The position numbers were made by a program, and so were the translations under genes. 64,000 nucleotides of DNA from positions 40,114,001 through 40,178,000 of the forward strand of contig OX597830.1 of assembly GCA_951406725.2 (NCBI GenBank), written 5' to 3'. Below the pieces are notes generated by a model. The model was given only the letters and a program-made list of their open reading frames with translations, ran no database searches and was not told the origin of the DNA. The stretch's first letter is position 1. The number at the start of each line of letters is the position of its first letter. This DNA comes from Octopus vulgaris. Its lineage: Eukaryota. Below, piece by piece: positions 1 to 14,181 of this stretch.

Positions 1-23
1 ATTACATAATGCATATTTTATAC

Positions 24-54
<31 letters not shown>

Positions 55-220
55 TGCATACATACATACATACAAATATATATACATATATATACATACA
101 TATATATGCATATATATATATACATATATATACATACATACATATATACATACATACACACATGGATATATGTATATATATATGACTATATATGTATATT
201 CATATATATAATTGTGTGCA

Positions 221-251
<31 letters not shown>

Positions 252-264
252 GTGCGTGTGTGTG

Positions 265-306
<42 letters not shown>

Positions 307-689
307 TTACATGTTCTACCAGACTGGTGAGATTGATGAAGTTGGCGTTGAGTTGGAACATTTTTAGGTTAATGGAAAAAATGTTAGTGGGGAACTGGGG
401 ACTTCAGAAGACCGTTTTTCTCGGGAGGAAAACTTAGAGGAAGTATGTAGAGGGGTGGACGTGTGATGAGACACAGTAAGACAGCGTGTTTGATGAGCCC
501 GTCTCCCCTATATCTTTGATTTGTTTCGGCCTTTTGACTGACATCATGCTGAGGTTTCATCTAGAAGGGCTTAGTCGAACAAATCGACCCCTGGCACTTA
601 TCCTATCGGTTTCTTTTGCCGAATTCCCAAGTTACAAGAACACACGCACGAATATATATGATATATATGTAAATAACATAGTTGTAAAA

Positions 690-1290
690 TAGTAAAATAA
701 AACAACAATTCAATAACCCACCTACTTGAACTGGCATATATACATCAAAATACCGAGAAAGATGTAAACGGTAATGAAAAACCCTCGATACGGCCACATC
801 GTGCTAGTGGCAATAATAGGGATATAGCTAACACGGTAACAACGTCTGAAAATGAAGTCAGAACTGAGATATATACAACTAAATGTAATAAATGCGCATG
901 CAGAGGAAAATCAAGATGTCCATTGATGAACATCTGTATGAGTATAAATCTTGTATATAAATGTGCTGTGGAGGAGCGTATGTTTACATTGGGGCAACGG
1001 CTGTGTCATTCAAGAATCGTTATCGCAACCATGTCACCAACTTCAAGAAAATCGACAAGGGGACATTCAACATCTTTGACCGATTTTGTGTGACGTTTAA
1101 GGAAGAAAAAATTAAGTATAACATAACTTGGTCCATAATAAGGCATGGAAAAAAATACAATATCATTTCCAGGAGATGCCGACTCTGCTGCGAGGAATCC
1201 TATGTCTATCAATGAGAAGATCATTAATAGAATTTCTGAAAGACTCTCAAGATGCTTACATGCATATAAATGCACTTTCGCACTTGCAGT
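690..1290 (+). mobile_element. Penelope-like element remnant, GIY-YIG endonuclease region (frameshifted)
   Basis: Frames read CACRGKSRCPLMNICMSINLVYKC / YVYIGATAVSFKNRYRNH / WSII..Y...RCRLCCEE, the Cys-rich plus VY..YIG pattern of PLE endonucleases. Confidence 0.75.
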
Positions 1291-1718
1291 GGAAATTAAT
1301 TTGATTAAAAATCATTAACCTAATCAATAATCAAAAATCATAATTCCCCTTAAGGTATGGATGAATTAAATTTAGCTCTAACCTCCCCATTCTTATAAGC
1401 AAGTGGTTATTTAGTTCGCTGTGTGAACATATGTGCGCCAAACCACACGTGACGTATGTTTACATCTTTGTGTTTGTATGCGCGAGTGTACATTGCCATA
1501 CAACCTATGGGAGGACGTTTATACATCCATATCCGTTAATGGTTATATTTAATACTTTCTTCGCTGTATTGTGTATTCGTTTCTTTTGGCGTCTGTTATT
1601 TTTTATTATTGAACTTCTATATGAATGAAGCTATATCCTTTAATTTGCTGATTTTCTTTACACGAACCGAGAACATACATTGCGGAACTGTCGTTATTTT
1701 AACGATTTATATCTAATT

Positions 1719-1823
1719 ATCACCCGAAGAGACACATCTACACCAATGGATGCTCCTAAACCAGTTGTTAAGTATCCCACTCGGGGAGGATCGATACTAG
1801 ATGGGTCAAACAGCTGTAGTGGT
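1719..1823 (+). ncRNA. Degenerate type I hammerhead ribozyme in the PLE 3' repeat
   Basis: atcac-CCGAAGA-gac.catcta...tagatg.gtc-(G missing)AAAC-agct-GTA-gtggt; stems I/II/III pair, but the core has U4C and has lost G12. Confidence 0.5.
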
Positions 1824-2007
1824 TAATAAAAATTGTCGTATCTTTCATCTTCCGTTTCTCATTAACCAAATACACCACGAACATTACTGGTAAACTATCA
1901 GGAATACATCATACGTTTTATTATCTAATAAATACGTTTACACACACACACATATATGTGTGTGTGCGTATGTATGTATGCATATATATATATTTTACAT
2001 ATGTATG

Positions 2008-2049
<42 letters not shown>

Positions 2050-2050
<1 letters not shown>

Positions 2051-2383
2051 CCGCAGGCGTGGCTGTATGGTAAGAAGCTTGCTTCCCAACCACATGGTTC
2101 GGGTTTTAGGCCCTGTGCGTGGCACCTCGGGCAAGTGTCTTCTACTATAGCCTCGGACCGACCAAAGCCTTGTAAGTGGATTTGGTAGACGAAAACTGAA
2201 AGAATCCCGTCGTATATACATATGTATATATTTGTATGTTTGTGCCTGTGTTTGTCCCCAACCATCGCTTGACAACCAATATTGGTGTGTTTACGTTCCC
2301 GTAACTTAGAGATCCGGCAAAAGAGACCGGTAGAATAAGTACCAGGTTTACAAAGCATAAGTCGAGGGGTCAATTTGTTCGAC
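2050..2383 (+). mobile_element. tRNA-derived SINE, family B (3'-truncated)
   Basis: Head ggcgtggctgtatggtaagaagcttgcttcccaaccacatggttc; matches copies at 7290, 8885 and 59495. Confidence 0.85.
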
Positions 2384-2456
2384 TATATATATATATATAT
2401 ATATGCATGTATTATATATATCCATATATGTATATATGTATGTGTATATATATATT

Positions 2457-2512
<56 letters not shown>

Positions 2513-2513
<1 letters not shown>

Positions 2514-5500
2514 CGAACTTCTTCACTACTTCAGGGAGTGACGACCCTGCCTGACACGAGTTCCGGGCTCAGCTGGCTCCGGCTGACAGTACCCGGTATG
2601 GGCCCCTATCCAGGGTTACGGAAAAGAGACAACCTTCAAAGAAATCCGAAGGTGGTTTAGTGTTCGACTCGACACTCTTCCGGCAGCTCCTGCAACCAAG
2701 CTGGTGCCAAACGTAATGCTCTGCACTCCTTTGGACTACATCAGCAAGATCGAGAGAGGAAACCTGACGATTGGGCTACCCAGGACTTTCTTATCTCTAG
2801 CCCAGGCCTGCGCAAAACTGGAGAGGACACTTCAGTGCTGCTGTAAAAAGCTGCAGAAACAACACGGGAGGTAACAGTCACGAGTGATAAGTCCATTCAG
2901 ATTGGCGTAAAATATGGGCGCTACGGGTTACCTCTGACGGTGGGAGGGACCTCCGTGTCCTATTGGTTAGCTACTGCCCACCTCGAGCTGGGAAGCCCCC
3001 AGTTAATAAGGTGCTGACCCGTCACAGGCCGCCTCCTTCATTGGGTGCTTGGAGCTAAGAGTATGACTTGAAAAGCGGCCTGCAACCTCTGCACCAGGCA
3101 AACAACTAAAAGACAAGAAACCACCAGTCCTGCGGTTGACAAGCTGGAATGTCAGGACCATGTGCCCTGGAATATCTGATGATCTACTCAGGGTTGAAGA
3201 CACAAGGAAAACGGCCATCATTGACCGTGAACTAAAGAGGCTTAACATAGACATTGCTGGGCTACAGGAGACAAGACTTCCCTCAAACGGCAAATTCAAA
3301 GAACAGGATTTCACCTTCTTTTGGCAGGGAAGCGATCCAGAAGAACCTCGTCAGCATGGCGTTGGCTTTGCAGTGAGAAACTCATTACTCTCCTCAATAG
3401 AACCACCATCAGGAGGCACTGAGCGTATCCTCTCACTGCACCTCTCGACTTCTTCTGGCTCAGTACATCTACTCAGCATCTATGCTCCCACTCTCTACAG
3501 CTCAGAGGAGACCAAGGTCCAGTTCTACAAAGATCTCAACTGTGTCATAAAAACTATACCAACAACTGAAAATATCTACCTTCTAGGGGATTTTAACGCT
3601 CGCGTGGGATCTGACCATGATTCGTGGCCCATTTGTGTTGGACACTTTGGTATTGGCAACATGAATGACAATGGTCAGAGACTACTCGAATTCTACACAT
3701 AACATAACCTGTGCATCACAAACACATTCTTTACCAACAAGCCATCCCACAAGGCATCCTGGAGACATCCAAGATCTCACCACTGGCATCAGCTGGATCT
3801 TATCATTACACGGAGATCCTTTTTGAATTCTGTTCTATTGACCCGCAGTTACCACGGTGCGGATTGTGACACAGACCACTCACTAATTAGAAGTAGGGTG
3901 AGGATTCTGCCTAAAAAAGTCCATCGCTCCAAGAAAGTGGGCCGACCACGCATTAACACTGCCAGAACCTCGGACCCTACACTGCGAAAATGTTTTGCTG
4001 CTTCTATCAAGGTTGCCCTCAGTAGCTGCCTAACCTCCTCTGCTGAAAGTAGGTGGAATTATATCGGGGAAGCTTTGTATACCACATCAATTGATACTTT
4101 CGGCATGAGAGAAAGGCAAAACCCAGATTGGTTCAATGCTGGGCTCTCAGAGCTGGAGCCAGTTATCGAAGCAAAGCGTGCAGCTCTGATGCAATACAAG
4201 AGTGATTCTTCTACAAAGTCACTCGAAGAACTCAGAAAGGCAGGAAATAAAACCCAACTGACAGCCAGATGCTGTACAAATAGGTATTGGCAAGAAATCT
4301 GTCAGAGTATCCAGTCGGCTGCTGACAGGGGCGACACCCGTGGGATGTATGCCGGTTTGAAGAAGGCCCTCGGTCCATCCGCAACCAAGTCAGCCCCTCT
4401 GAAATCAACTACTGGAGATCAAAACAAGCAAATGGATAGATGTGTGGAGCACTACCAGGATCTCTACTCACGGGAGACTACAGTAGCTGAGGCTGCAATC
4501 GAGAGTGTCAAGATCTTGCCAGTCATGTGCGAACTTGACAGTCCGCCATCTATAGCAGAGCTCACCAAGGCTATTGACTCCCTAGCAAGAAACAAGGTTC
4601 CGGGAAAAGGCGGCATCCCCTCAGAGATCACCAAAGCGGCAAAAACACCATCCTGCTTCGGCACCTTCATGAGCTTCTGTGTCAGTGCTGGGAAGAGGGT
4701 ACAATCCCTAGGGATATGCGAGATGCTAACATCATTATGCTTTACAAAAACAAAGGTGACCGTGGTGATTGTAACAATTTCAGTGGAATATCTCTTCTAA
4801 GCACTGTTGGAAAGACCTTTGCTCGCGTTATCCTGGCCAGGCTACAACTACTTGCTTCTCGAATCTATCCGGAATCGCAGTGTGGCTTTAGAAGAAGCAG
4901 ATCAACTATTGATATGATATTCTCCATACGCCAACTTCAGGAGAAGTCCAGAGAGCAGAAAATGCCATTATATATGGCCTTCATTGATCTAACAAAGGCC
5001 TTTGACTCGGTAAGTAGAAAAGGCCTCTTCATCCTGCTCCAAAAAATCGGATGTCCACCAAAGCTGCTGAGGATCATCAAGTCTTTCCATGATGATATGC
5101 AAGTCACCATACAGCACAATGGTTCAACATCAGCCGCCTTCCAAATAAAAAACGGGGTAAAGCAAGGTTGTGTCCTCGCTCCTACATTATTTGGCATTTT
5201 CTTCTCGCTCTTGCTCTCACATGCCTTTCAGACATCAGATGATAGAGTGTTTCTGCACAGTAGAAGTGACGGGAAACTGTTCAATCTCTCGCGCCTGCGT
5301 GCCAAGACCAAAATCAGAAACGTCCTGATCAAGGAGATGCTATTTGCTGATGATGCCGCTCTGGTATCACACACAGAAGCCCTCCAAAGGCTCATTAACT
5401 GTTTTGAGCAAGCATGTAGCGACTTTGGCTTAGCTATCAGCCTTAAAAAGACCAACATCATGGGTCAGGCTACATAGGACATCCCAAACATACATATTGG

Positions 5501-6108
5501 AGACCACAGATTACAGGAGGTGGAGAAGTTTACCTATCTTGGCTCTACCGTCACCTACAACCTATCCCTTAACGCTGAGCTCAATATACGCATTGGCAAG
5601 GCAGCTGCTGCGATGGCCCAACTCTCCAAACGGGCATGGGACAACAATAAGCTGACCAAGACCACGAAAATGAAGATCTACCAGGCATGTGTACTCAGCA
5701 CTCTACTGTATGGAAGTGAGACTTGGACGCTATGCACACGCCAAGAGCGTCGCTTAAACATCTTTCACCTGCGCTGCCTCCGGAAAATCCTTCGCATCAA
5801 ATGGCAGAATCATATCCCCAACAAAGATGTCCTCAAGCAAGCAGGAATACCAAGCATGTTTGCACTCCTCACACAAAGACGTATGAGATAGCTTGGGCAT
5901 GTTAGCCATATGAAAGATGGCACAATCCCCAAGGACATACTCTACGGAGAGCTTGCTAGGAGTACTAGGTCTGTGGGTAGACCGTTCTTACGTAACAATG
6001 CTGTTTGCAAAAGGGACATGAAGGCTTGCAACATCAATATTAGCGGTTGGGAAGCAATTGCCAGCAACCGTGGAGATTGGCGACGTACCGTAAAAGAGGG
6101 AATACAAA

Positions 6109-6152
<44 letters not shown>

Positions 6153-6373
6153 AATGGAAAGACAAGAAAAGACGTCAACAAGAAACTATGACATTACAAC
6201 CAGCCAGGAACAGTCTTCGCTACATTTGCGGTACCTGCCAGAGGGAGTGTTTGTCCAGGATAGGACTACACAGCCACAGCAGGAAATGCATCAGGACATG
6301 AAATGTAAAAGCCGGACTAGACTATTTTATGCGCAACTCCATTGTCTCCCGAGACAAAAAAGGATGCCAACAA
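2513..6373 (+). mobile_element. Near full-length RTE-clade LINE (APE endonuclease + RT + C-terminal zinc finger), inactivated
   Basis: SWNVRT..IAGLQET..GDFNA (APE), ESQCGFRR, FIDLTKAFD, GVKQGCVLAP, LFADD (RT), CGTCQRECLSRIGLHSHSRKC near 6225-6290; stops at 3700, 5475 and 5889 and a frameshift near 4650; (TA)n on both flanks. Confidence 0.95.
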
Positions 6374-6550
6374 TATATATATTATATAAATATACAAATA
6401 TATATATGTATATATATATGTATTTATGTATATATATATATATATATATATACATACATTCATATATATATGTATATGAGTGTGTGTGTGTATGTGGCCG
6501 CTAAATCCACAAGTTTTTTTTTATTCTCTCTCTGTTTATTTCCTCGTCTC

Positions 6551-6623
<73 letters not shown>

Positions 6624-6814
6624 CATACACACACACACACACGTGTATCCAAAATGGTTAAGACTGCCAACATTCGTAAGTGGATCGCTAGAAAATTGTG
6701 GACACCTCTTTCACATGAAACCACTAGTTGCAGTGTTACTCCACAAAGAAAGAATATTTATCCACCACTGCGGTGTTAAACATTCATTCCTACTGTTCGG
6801 CACCAGCGTATGTG

Positions 6815-6980
6815 TATGTCTGTGTACGACGGTCTTCTTTCAGCTTCCGTCTACCAAATCCATTCAGAGGACTTTGGTTGGCCTGAGGCTACGGGAGGAC
6901 ACACTTGCTCAATGTACTACACAGCGGGAATGAAGCGAAGGTCATATGGTTGGGAAACAATCTTCTTAACCACACAGCCT
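6815..6980 (-). mobile_element. SINE family B, diverged 5' half
   Basis: cttctttcagcttccgtctaccaaatccattca...cttaaccacacagcc is the reverse complement of the family B head. Confidence 0.7.
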
Positions 6981-7289
6981 TACCGAATCTCAGAGAATCA
7001 GAGACCGTTGTGGTATGGTCCTGCTTTTGGTAAAGAAGGCTGAGAGAAAGTATTTTCTCCATGAAAGATAGAGGTTGTGGATCGCTAGTCACTGGAGTTT
7101 TACTAATCAGTAGGATTACTTTCGTTTGGATATATCGGTGTAAATATGTCAGTGTGGAATAACAGCAGCGTCCCAGAGATGTTGGCAGCGCATAACTGTT
7201 CATCATATGTGTGTATATGCAGGAATATATGTATGTATAATATATGTTTATGTATATATGTGTCTGTATGCTTGCATGTATTTATGCTT

Positions 7290-7422
7290 ACCAACCACGT
7301 GGTTCAGGGTTCAGTCCCACTGCGTGGCACCTTGGGCAAGTGTCTTCTACTATAGCCTCGGGTCGACCAAGCCTTTGTGAATGGAAACTGAAAGAAGCCC
7401 GTCGTATATATGTGTATATATA

Positions 7423-7500
<78 letters not shown>

Positions 7501-7695
7501 TGTGGCTGGGTTTGTCCACCATCACTCGACAACCAAAGTTGATGTGTTTACGTCCCCGTAACTTAGCGGTTTGGCAAAAAGAGTCCGATACAATAAGTAC
7601 TAGGCTTACAAAGGATAAGTTCTGGGATCGATTTGTTCGACTAAAGGCAGTGCTCCAGCATGGCCGCAGTCAAGTGACTGAAACAAATAAAAGAA
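7290..7695 (+). mobile_element. SINE family B with expanded internal (TG)n
   Basis: Shared head, internal microsatellite, and tail ggcagtgctccagcatggccgcagtcaagtgactgaaac. Confidence 0.88.
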
Positions 7696-8356
7696 CATGT
7701 GTTTATCTGTGTGTGTATTTATGAAAGCATGTATGTATGTATGTATGCATGTATGTGTTTTTATGTATACGTACAAGAATATATGTGTTTATGTATGTAT
7801 ATGTGTGTTCGCTAATGTATATGTTTATGTACCTATGTATGTATATATGTACGTACACGTGCAGATATTTATGTGTGCAAGTACATGTGTATACACGCAT
7901 GCATGTACGTACGTATGTGTGTGTATGTATATGCATATATGCATATAGATACATATATACGTATATACATATACTCATATCTATATATGTATATATGTGT
8001 GTGTGAATGCATCTATCTATATACATATACGTACGTATGTATATATGTAAGCACGTATGTATGTAGTATATGTATGCATGAATGTATGTATATATATATA
8101 TGAGTGTATGTATGTATGTATGTATGTATGTATGTATGTATAATAACAGTGTTTATTGTGGGAAGTGAATGTGTAATGTATTGTTCCTCTTCGAGTTGCA
8201 TCTGCAGTTAAAATTTTTATTCTGATTCATTAAATTAATACATTTTTGAAATCTAGAGACGACTCTAAATTGACATATTTGACCTTGTTAACTTACATAC
8301 CAGCGACGTGCGAATGTGAAATATCTACTGGTTACGATTCTTGTTGCAGTTGTTGT

Positions 8357-8692
8357 TGGGAGGGGGGTGACGGCGGGGGAGGGGGAAGGGGCGGGAGGGG
8401 GAGGGGGCGATGGTGGGGGGCGATGGTGGCGGCGGCGGTGGTGGTTGTAGTGCTGGTGCTGGTAGTGGTGGTGGTCGTGGTCGTGGTGGTGCTGGTGGTG
8501 GTGGTGGTGCTGGTGCTGGTGCGGGTGCTGGTGGTGGTGGTGGTGGCAGCGATGGTGGCGGCGGCGGCGGCGGTGGTGGTGGTGGTGGTGGTGTCGGTGG
8601 TGGTGGTGGTGTCGGTGGTGTCGGTGGTGGTGGTGGTGGTGGTGGTGGTGGTGGTGGTGGTGGTGGTAGTGGTGTCGTTGTCGTTGTTGTTA
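8357..8692. repeat. G-rich tract and (GGT/GGC)n trinucleotide repeat
   Basis: Multiple G3-G6 runs at 8357-8420 followed by about 270 bp of imperfect (GGT)n. Confidence 0.9.
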
Positions 8693-8884
8693 TTGCTCAA
8701 CATTTGTTTCATGTTGTTGCAGTTCTGTCGTCGTTCGCTATTTTGTGCTTGTCTTTTCCTTTCCGAATTTTGTTATAATCAGCATTTAGCTGCTTCAACT
8801 TCCCATCTTTGTGCTTCACGTCATCATTTTTGCTATTGCTGTTTAACCCCGAGCGAGCCCTGAATGAGTAGACCTATACTCGTT

Positions 8885-9292
8885 TACTCTTTTACTTGTT
8901 TCAGTCATTTTACTGCGGCCATGCTGGAGCACCGCCTTTAGCCGAGCAAGCCGACCCCAGGACTTATTCTTTGTAAGCCTAGTACTTATTCTATCGGTCT
9001 CTTTTGCCGAACCGCTAAATGACGGGGACGTAAACACACTAGCATCGGTTGTCAAGCGATGTTGAGGGAACAAACACAGACACGCAAACATATACACACA
9101 CATACATATACATATATATATGTACATATATACGACGAGCTTCTTTCAGTTTCCGTCTACCAAATCTACTCATAGGGCTTTTGTCGGCCCGCGGTTATAG
9201 TAGAAGACACTTTCCCAAGGTGCTACGCAGTGGGACTGAACCCAGAACCATGTGGTTGGTAAGCAAGCTACTTACCACACAACCTCTCCTGC
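8885..9292 (-). mobile_element. SINE family B, full length
   Basis: Reverse complement of the full head-to-tail family B sequence. Confidence 0.9.
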
Positions 9293-9959
9293 AATTTTTT
9301 TCTTTTTCTGTTGTTAACGTTATTTTTATATATATATCTATCATCAAATGTGATGATCAAATTCATTTCACCAATTACCGTCACACCTTTCGCATTTCTA
9401 TCAAGAGAAGTATATCCATGACAACATTAAGGAGTTCCTCCTTTTTTAAGGCAGTAGTTGAGGTTTGAGGGAGATTCGGTTCCTATTTCTGGAAGATGGA
9501 TTGAACATACAGTGACACCTTTGTTGCCTCGTAGTCAACCATGTTATTTCATAAAACCTTAACTCCCACTACGAGCTGTATTCTTGATGTTAGCGTGCTA
9601 TGCCAAATTAACTATCTATTCCTTCTGTAATCTAGAGTAATGAATAGAGCTAGTTCTTTGGCTTTGTATTCATAAATATTTTTCCATCAATCATTAATCC
9701 TATCTGTATACAGGAAGAATATAATGGATAAGACTTACAAAATCTATTGCTTTACTTGGAGGCATTTGACGTCGACAAGGCAGAAAAAACAATGGCTTGC
9801 CAAACACACTATCTCAGACAGAAGACGGTGCTCGGCAGACTATGGTCTATAGCTTCTCGCAAGCCAAGTCTGATACCAAAGTAAGAGAGGATTAACTGGA
9901 TTAACTGCCGACTGCTTGCACGACTCCGATGGAGGTCATAGTCCCGATGGAGGTTACTT

Positions 9960-10230
9960 AAGCCCTTCGTTTCTTATGAAGCATAGTTCATCGTCTACTT
10001 TTCACTTTTCTCGACTCTGGGCTGTCTTTTCCTCCTTTTCTCCAATTGGAACTCAGCTTTTTCAACTCTGCCTCAATATCCTACCCCCAGTTACTTTTTA
10101 GGGTGTCCTTTTTTCTAGTCCCCCTCTGTAGTTTCTACATCCGGCCTGATGTGTAATGCAGGATGTTGGATTCCTTAAGACGTGGCCTATCCGTCTTCCT
10201 TTCAGATTTTGCTGCACTGCACTATATATT
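9960..10230 (-). mobile_element. Old RTE-type LINE 3' fragment
   Basis: Minus strand reads GRRIGHVLR, resembling the W-GHVLR C-terminal motif of RTE ORFs. Confidence 0.5.
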
Positions 10231-10834
10231 TCCCTATGAGAAAGCCTTCCCCTCTTAGGTCTTGTTCACCTTGAATTGTCATCGACAATCTGTAACTCAG
10301 ATTTGTTTCCTATAAAGGTGTGTTGGACTTAAGCAAACCCATTTTTGCCTCAAGAACGAGATGATCCATATTAGTCTGCCTCTAACCTTTGACCTGACCA
10401 GCATGGAAAGACCTTCCAGGAGCTTGTGCTCTGCTGCTTTAATTCTCAGAATTATTGAGGCACACACGTCGCCACACCACAACAAGGATTGGACCTTGTG
10501 ATGGACTAATTGACGTAGGATATTGGCGATGGATCTGTGCCTCCGCTATGAGGCTCGATAATGCAAATTGTAATCGAAAGATGACATGTCAGGGGTGCGG
10601 AAGGAATAAAACCAAGATTAGGATTTCTGTCACGCTTTCAATTCGCTGAATTTTGACAGACCTATGTATTATGTGTCACTTCAACAACGACCATTCTAGG
10701 GACTCTCTAGGTAAGTAGTTAAATGATCTGTAGGAAATAGCAATGAAATCTCTTTCAAAGCACACCATACCGTCTTGAAAGAAGGAAGGACATTTTGAAT
10801 AATGTGATTCTAGATATCATCGTAGTCGGCGTCG

Positions 10835-11060
10835 TCGTCAACTCGTCCCTAGAATCCGAGGATTAATTTCTCCTCCTGGGTGAATATTTGGACCATTAAC
10901 ATTGACGGCGCACTTGGTTAACGAGGCCAATCCTCGCGTAGAACACGTGACTACATTGGCCACACGTGAAAGTCGGAGTCGGTCTTGGTTGCTGCTGTCT
11001 GGTCTCCCGCAACCGTTGTCTTTCCTCTTCCTTGTTTTCTTATTATTTCTCTTTTAAACA
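10835..11060 (-). mobile_element. RTE LINE 3' end (zinc finger and tail)
   Basis: Minus strand FTCGQCSHVFYARIGLVNQ and a (GAC)n-like tail. Confidence 0.6.
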
Positions 11061-12135
11061 ATATTCAATCGCTATTGTTTATGTTTTGCCAGTCGCAGGA
11101 TTCTGGATATACAGTATTCGCAAAAAGAAAGAGATGAGATAATAACAACGGGAATGCTTTTGATCAGAGGATGCTCTCACAGTTGCGCCAATCCACCACC
11201 TTAAACCGGTACTATTTTATCGATCTCGGAAAGGCGAAAGGCATAGTTGAGTTAGCAACGAAAATACAATGAGGTTATACTTCGTTGAGAAGTATAGAAA
11301 AGGGAGACAACTTACGATACATTTCTCTCTTTTTCTGACTTTCTCAGCGATGTACAACCACCACGTAGCTTCTATAAGATACAATTCTGTGTAATCACTT
11401 ACTGAATTTTCGCTGTTAATTCATCAAAACTATGGGGAAGTTATACTTCAATGAGAAAGTTAGATCTGTCATCGACTAATACTTTTTTGTCACAGTATAT
11501 ATATTTCTAGTTTAGTAAACTTATTTAATGCATGGGGAATGAATATACTGATACCCACTGAGCTGTTTATTAAGAGTGGTCTTTGTCTGGAATATAACTA
11601 AGTATAGAATAGCATCGCTACCGGTTAACGACCTGGCAACATCCCATCAACTAGTTAAGTCACTGCTTTGTTAATCTGCCTAGCTATGACTGTTAGTATA
11701 TACAAGAAAAAGGTTAATAAAATACTAACAGTTATTTGGTTATGCCAAAAATAAGCATGTCTGCATGCTTATCTTTCTTTCTTTCTTTTTAATTTGTACA
11801 GCTAGGAGACAACATAGATATTGTATGTGTATGTGTGTGTAATACGTACATATCTATGTGTGCACGTATCAGAAGATAAACTAATAGAAAAAAATTAAAT
11901 TGTAATTGGTTTATTAGAAGTTAAACTACAAAGGCTGCTGTGTTAGTTTGTCAACACTATAGACATTAATTCATTAGCCTGATGGAAAGGGTTAAACAAA
12001 TAAAATGAATTATAAATTAAACGATGAATGTATAGTCTCAAAAATGACTTTCATAAAACAAAACGATTGTAATACTCGCTTCTTAGAAGATAGGTTAAAA
12101 AGAAATACTTTGGTGTAAGTGAAAGAAACGTATTT

Positions 12136-12207
<72 letters not shown>

Positions 12208-12208
<1 letters not shown>

Positions 12209-12421
12209 TGTTCTTATATAGGCATCAGGCCTGAAATTTGGCGGGAGAGGGCTTGTCGATTACATCGACTCTCGTACTCAACTGGTACTTATTTCACTGA
12301 CCCTGAAAAGAGGAAAAGCAAAGTCAACCTCGGCAGAATTTGAACTCAAAACGTAAAGACGGATGAAATGCCGCTAAGCATTTTTCCCGGCATGCTAACG
12401 ATTCTCCCAGCTCTCCGCCTC
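12208..12421 (-). mobile_element. tRNA-derived SINE, family A, in (TAA)n
   Basis: Reverse complement of ggcggagagctgggagaatcgttagc...gagttcaaattc (A/B boxes), core and tail tttcaggcc. Confidence 0.88.
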
Positions 12422-12435
12422 AATAATAATAATAA

Positions 12436-13848
12436 ACCAATGGTGAAGGTGCTGCACCCGGCAGGTTCCCCCACTGTGCAGCAGGGTGGGCCCGGTCGTA
12501 ATCCAGCAACTGCTAGCCATGCTACAAGACATAAGTGAATTAAACAAGTAAACATGATTGTTATGGAGTGTTACTACCGGAGCACCCCAGTGGATGTGAA
12601 TGGCGTGACTGTCAAAGGGTACAGAAAACGAATGCACAGGGAATGGAAGGCAATGGAGATGTTCGAAATTACTGAACAGAGATTATGTAACCAAGCAAGA
12701 GCAATACGAAAGAATAGATGGTTAACAGAATTTGAGCTAGAAGCTATTAAAAGAAGGATATCGGGTGAGGTTGGGCATGCGAGAAATGAAAGAATATAAT
12801 ATCGTGAATTGTGAAAGAATTGAGATCAGTGACTACTCAAATAATGAAGATCGATTAATAATAGACAGAATTTTGAATCTATAAAATACAGAATGGACAG
12901 AATTTATGTATGACTTTAAGATGGCTGACCAATGGAGACTAAATCAAGAGACGAGGGAAGTCAATATTGTACTGAGATACATTGAAACAAAGAACATTAC
13001 ACAAACAAAATCTTATCAAGACTGCTCGTAGGACTGTGGCGGAAAGGATGGGATTGAGAACTACTGAGAACAGAACAGCGACGGATAGAAGTGGAAATAA
13101 ACAACCGTGGTGGAAAAGGAGAATCTCTGAAGATAGAAACTCCTTGAACAGTGTAGTTTCAATACTTGTCAGGAAAAGAAATGGGGACCTTAAGAATGAA
13201 TGGAAATTCGAAAAAGTTAGGAAGAAGTATGGTGTAGATACAAAAGGCCTGAATGTTGTGATTGGAGAATTGAAGCAGCGCATACATGCAAAAAAAAGCA
13301 AAGCTAACTAGGTTTGAACAACGGATTAAGCAAGACCAGCAAACAAATTGTTTAGAACCGACAAAAAAATATTTTATCAAGAGATTAATGACGATAAAAA
13401 CCGTGAAAGATTAGTCCCTGATACTGATGAAAGTCGACTTTTTGTGGGTAAGACTTGGATTAAGAACAACATAATACTACAGCTGAATGGTTCTGCAGCA
13501 TGAAGTAAATAACTTCTTAAACCCAGCAAGAAGCTATCCACTTCACAGAAAACAGTGTCAGAAATGTGAGTAAAAAGATAAGCAACTGGAAAGCAGCAGG
13601 ACCTGATGGTGTACAGGGATTTTGGATTAAAAAAAAAAGTTCAGTAGTTGCCATAAATTGATCGCAGAGCAATTTAATGCATTGATTAATAGAGAAGAAA
13701 TCCCGAGCTGGTTGACAAAAAGACGAACAGTGTTGTACCTGAGGGATGCATCAAAGGGAAATACTGCTGACAATTACAGACCAATTTCCTGCTTCCCATT
13801 AAGGTGGAAGTTACAGTCGGGCAGAATTACAGAAGAACTGTATAACAT
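12436..13848 (+). mobile_element. R4/Dong-like RLE-type LINE, 5' half, degraded
   Basis: IVMECYY..GYRKRM..TEQRLCNQARAI, QPWWKRRI, NWKAAGPDGVQGFWIKK, PSWLT.RTVL..KGNTADNYRPISC; begins directly after a short (TAA)n. Confidence 0.82.
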
Positions 13849-13849
13849 T

Positions 13850-14096
13850 TTAAGCCTAGTACTTATTCTATCGGTCTCTTTTACGGGAACGTAACCACAC
13901 CAGCATCACATATATATATATACATATATACGACGGGTTTCTTTCAGTTTCCGTCCACCAAATCCACTCACAAGGCTTTGGTTGACCCGAGGCTATAGCA
14001 GAAAACACTTACCCAAGGTGCCACACAGTGGGACTGAACCTGGAACCATGTGGTTCGTAAGCAAGCTACTTACCACACAGCCACTCCTACGCCTAT
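13850..14096 (-). mobile_element. SINE family B with internal deletions
   Basis: aagcctagtacttattctatcggtctc...cttaccacacagccactcctacgcc. Confidence 0.85.
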
Positions 14097-14114
14097 GCAC
14101 ACACACACACACAC

Positions 14115-14177
<63 letters not shown>

Positions 14178-14181
<4 letters not shown>

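Noticed and set aside
8246-8863. Gly-rich, Val-rich and Thr-rich ORFs
   Set aside because: Products of the (GGT)n repeat; no splice or domain evidence
12448-12515. Possible HDV-like ribozyme at the 5' end of the R4/Dong-like element (tgctgca/tgcagca, cag/ctg, GG)
   Set aside because: P1 and P3 can be drawn, but there is no convincing P2, P4 or catalytic C, and the segment reads as the ORF N-terminus
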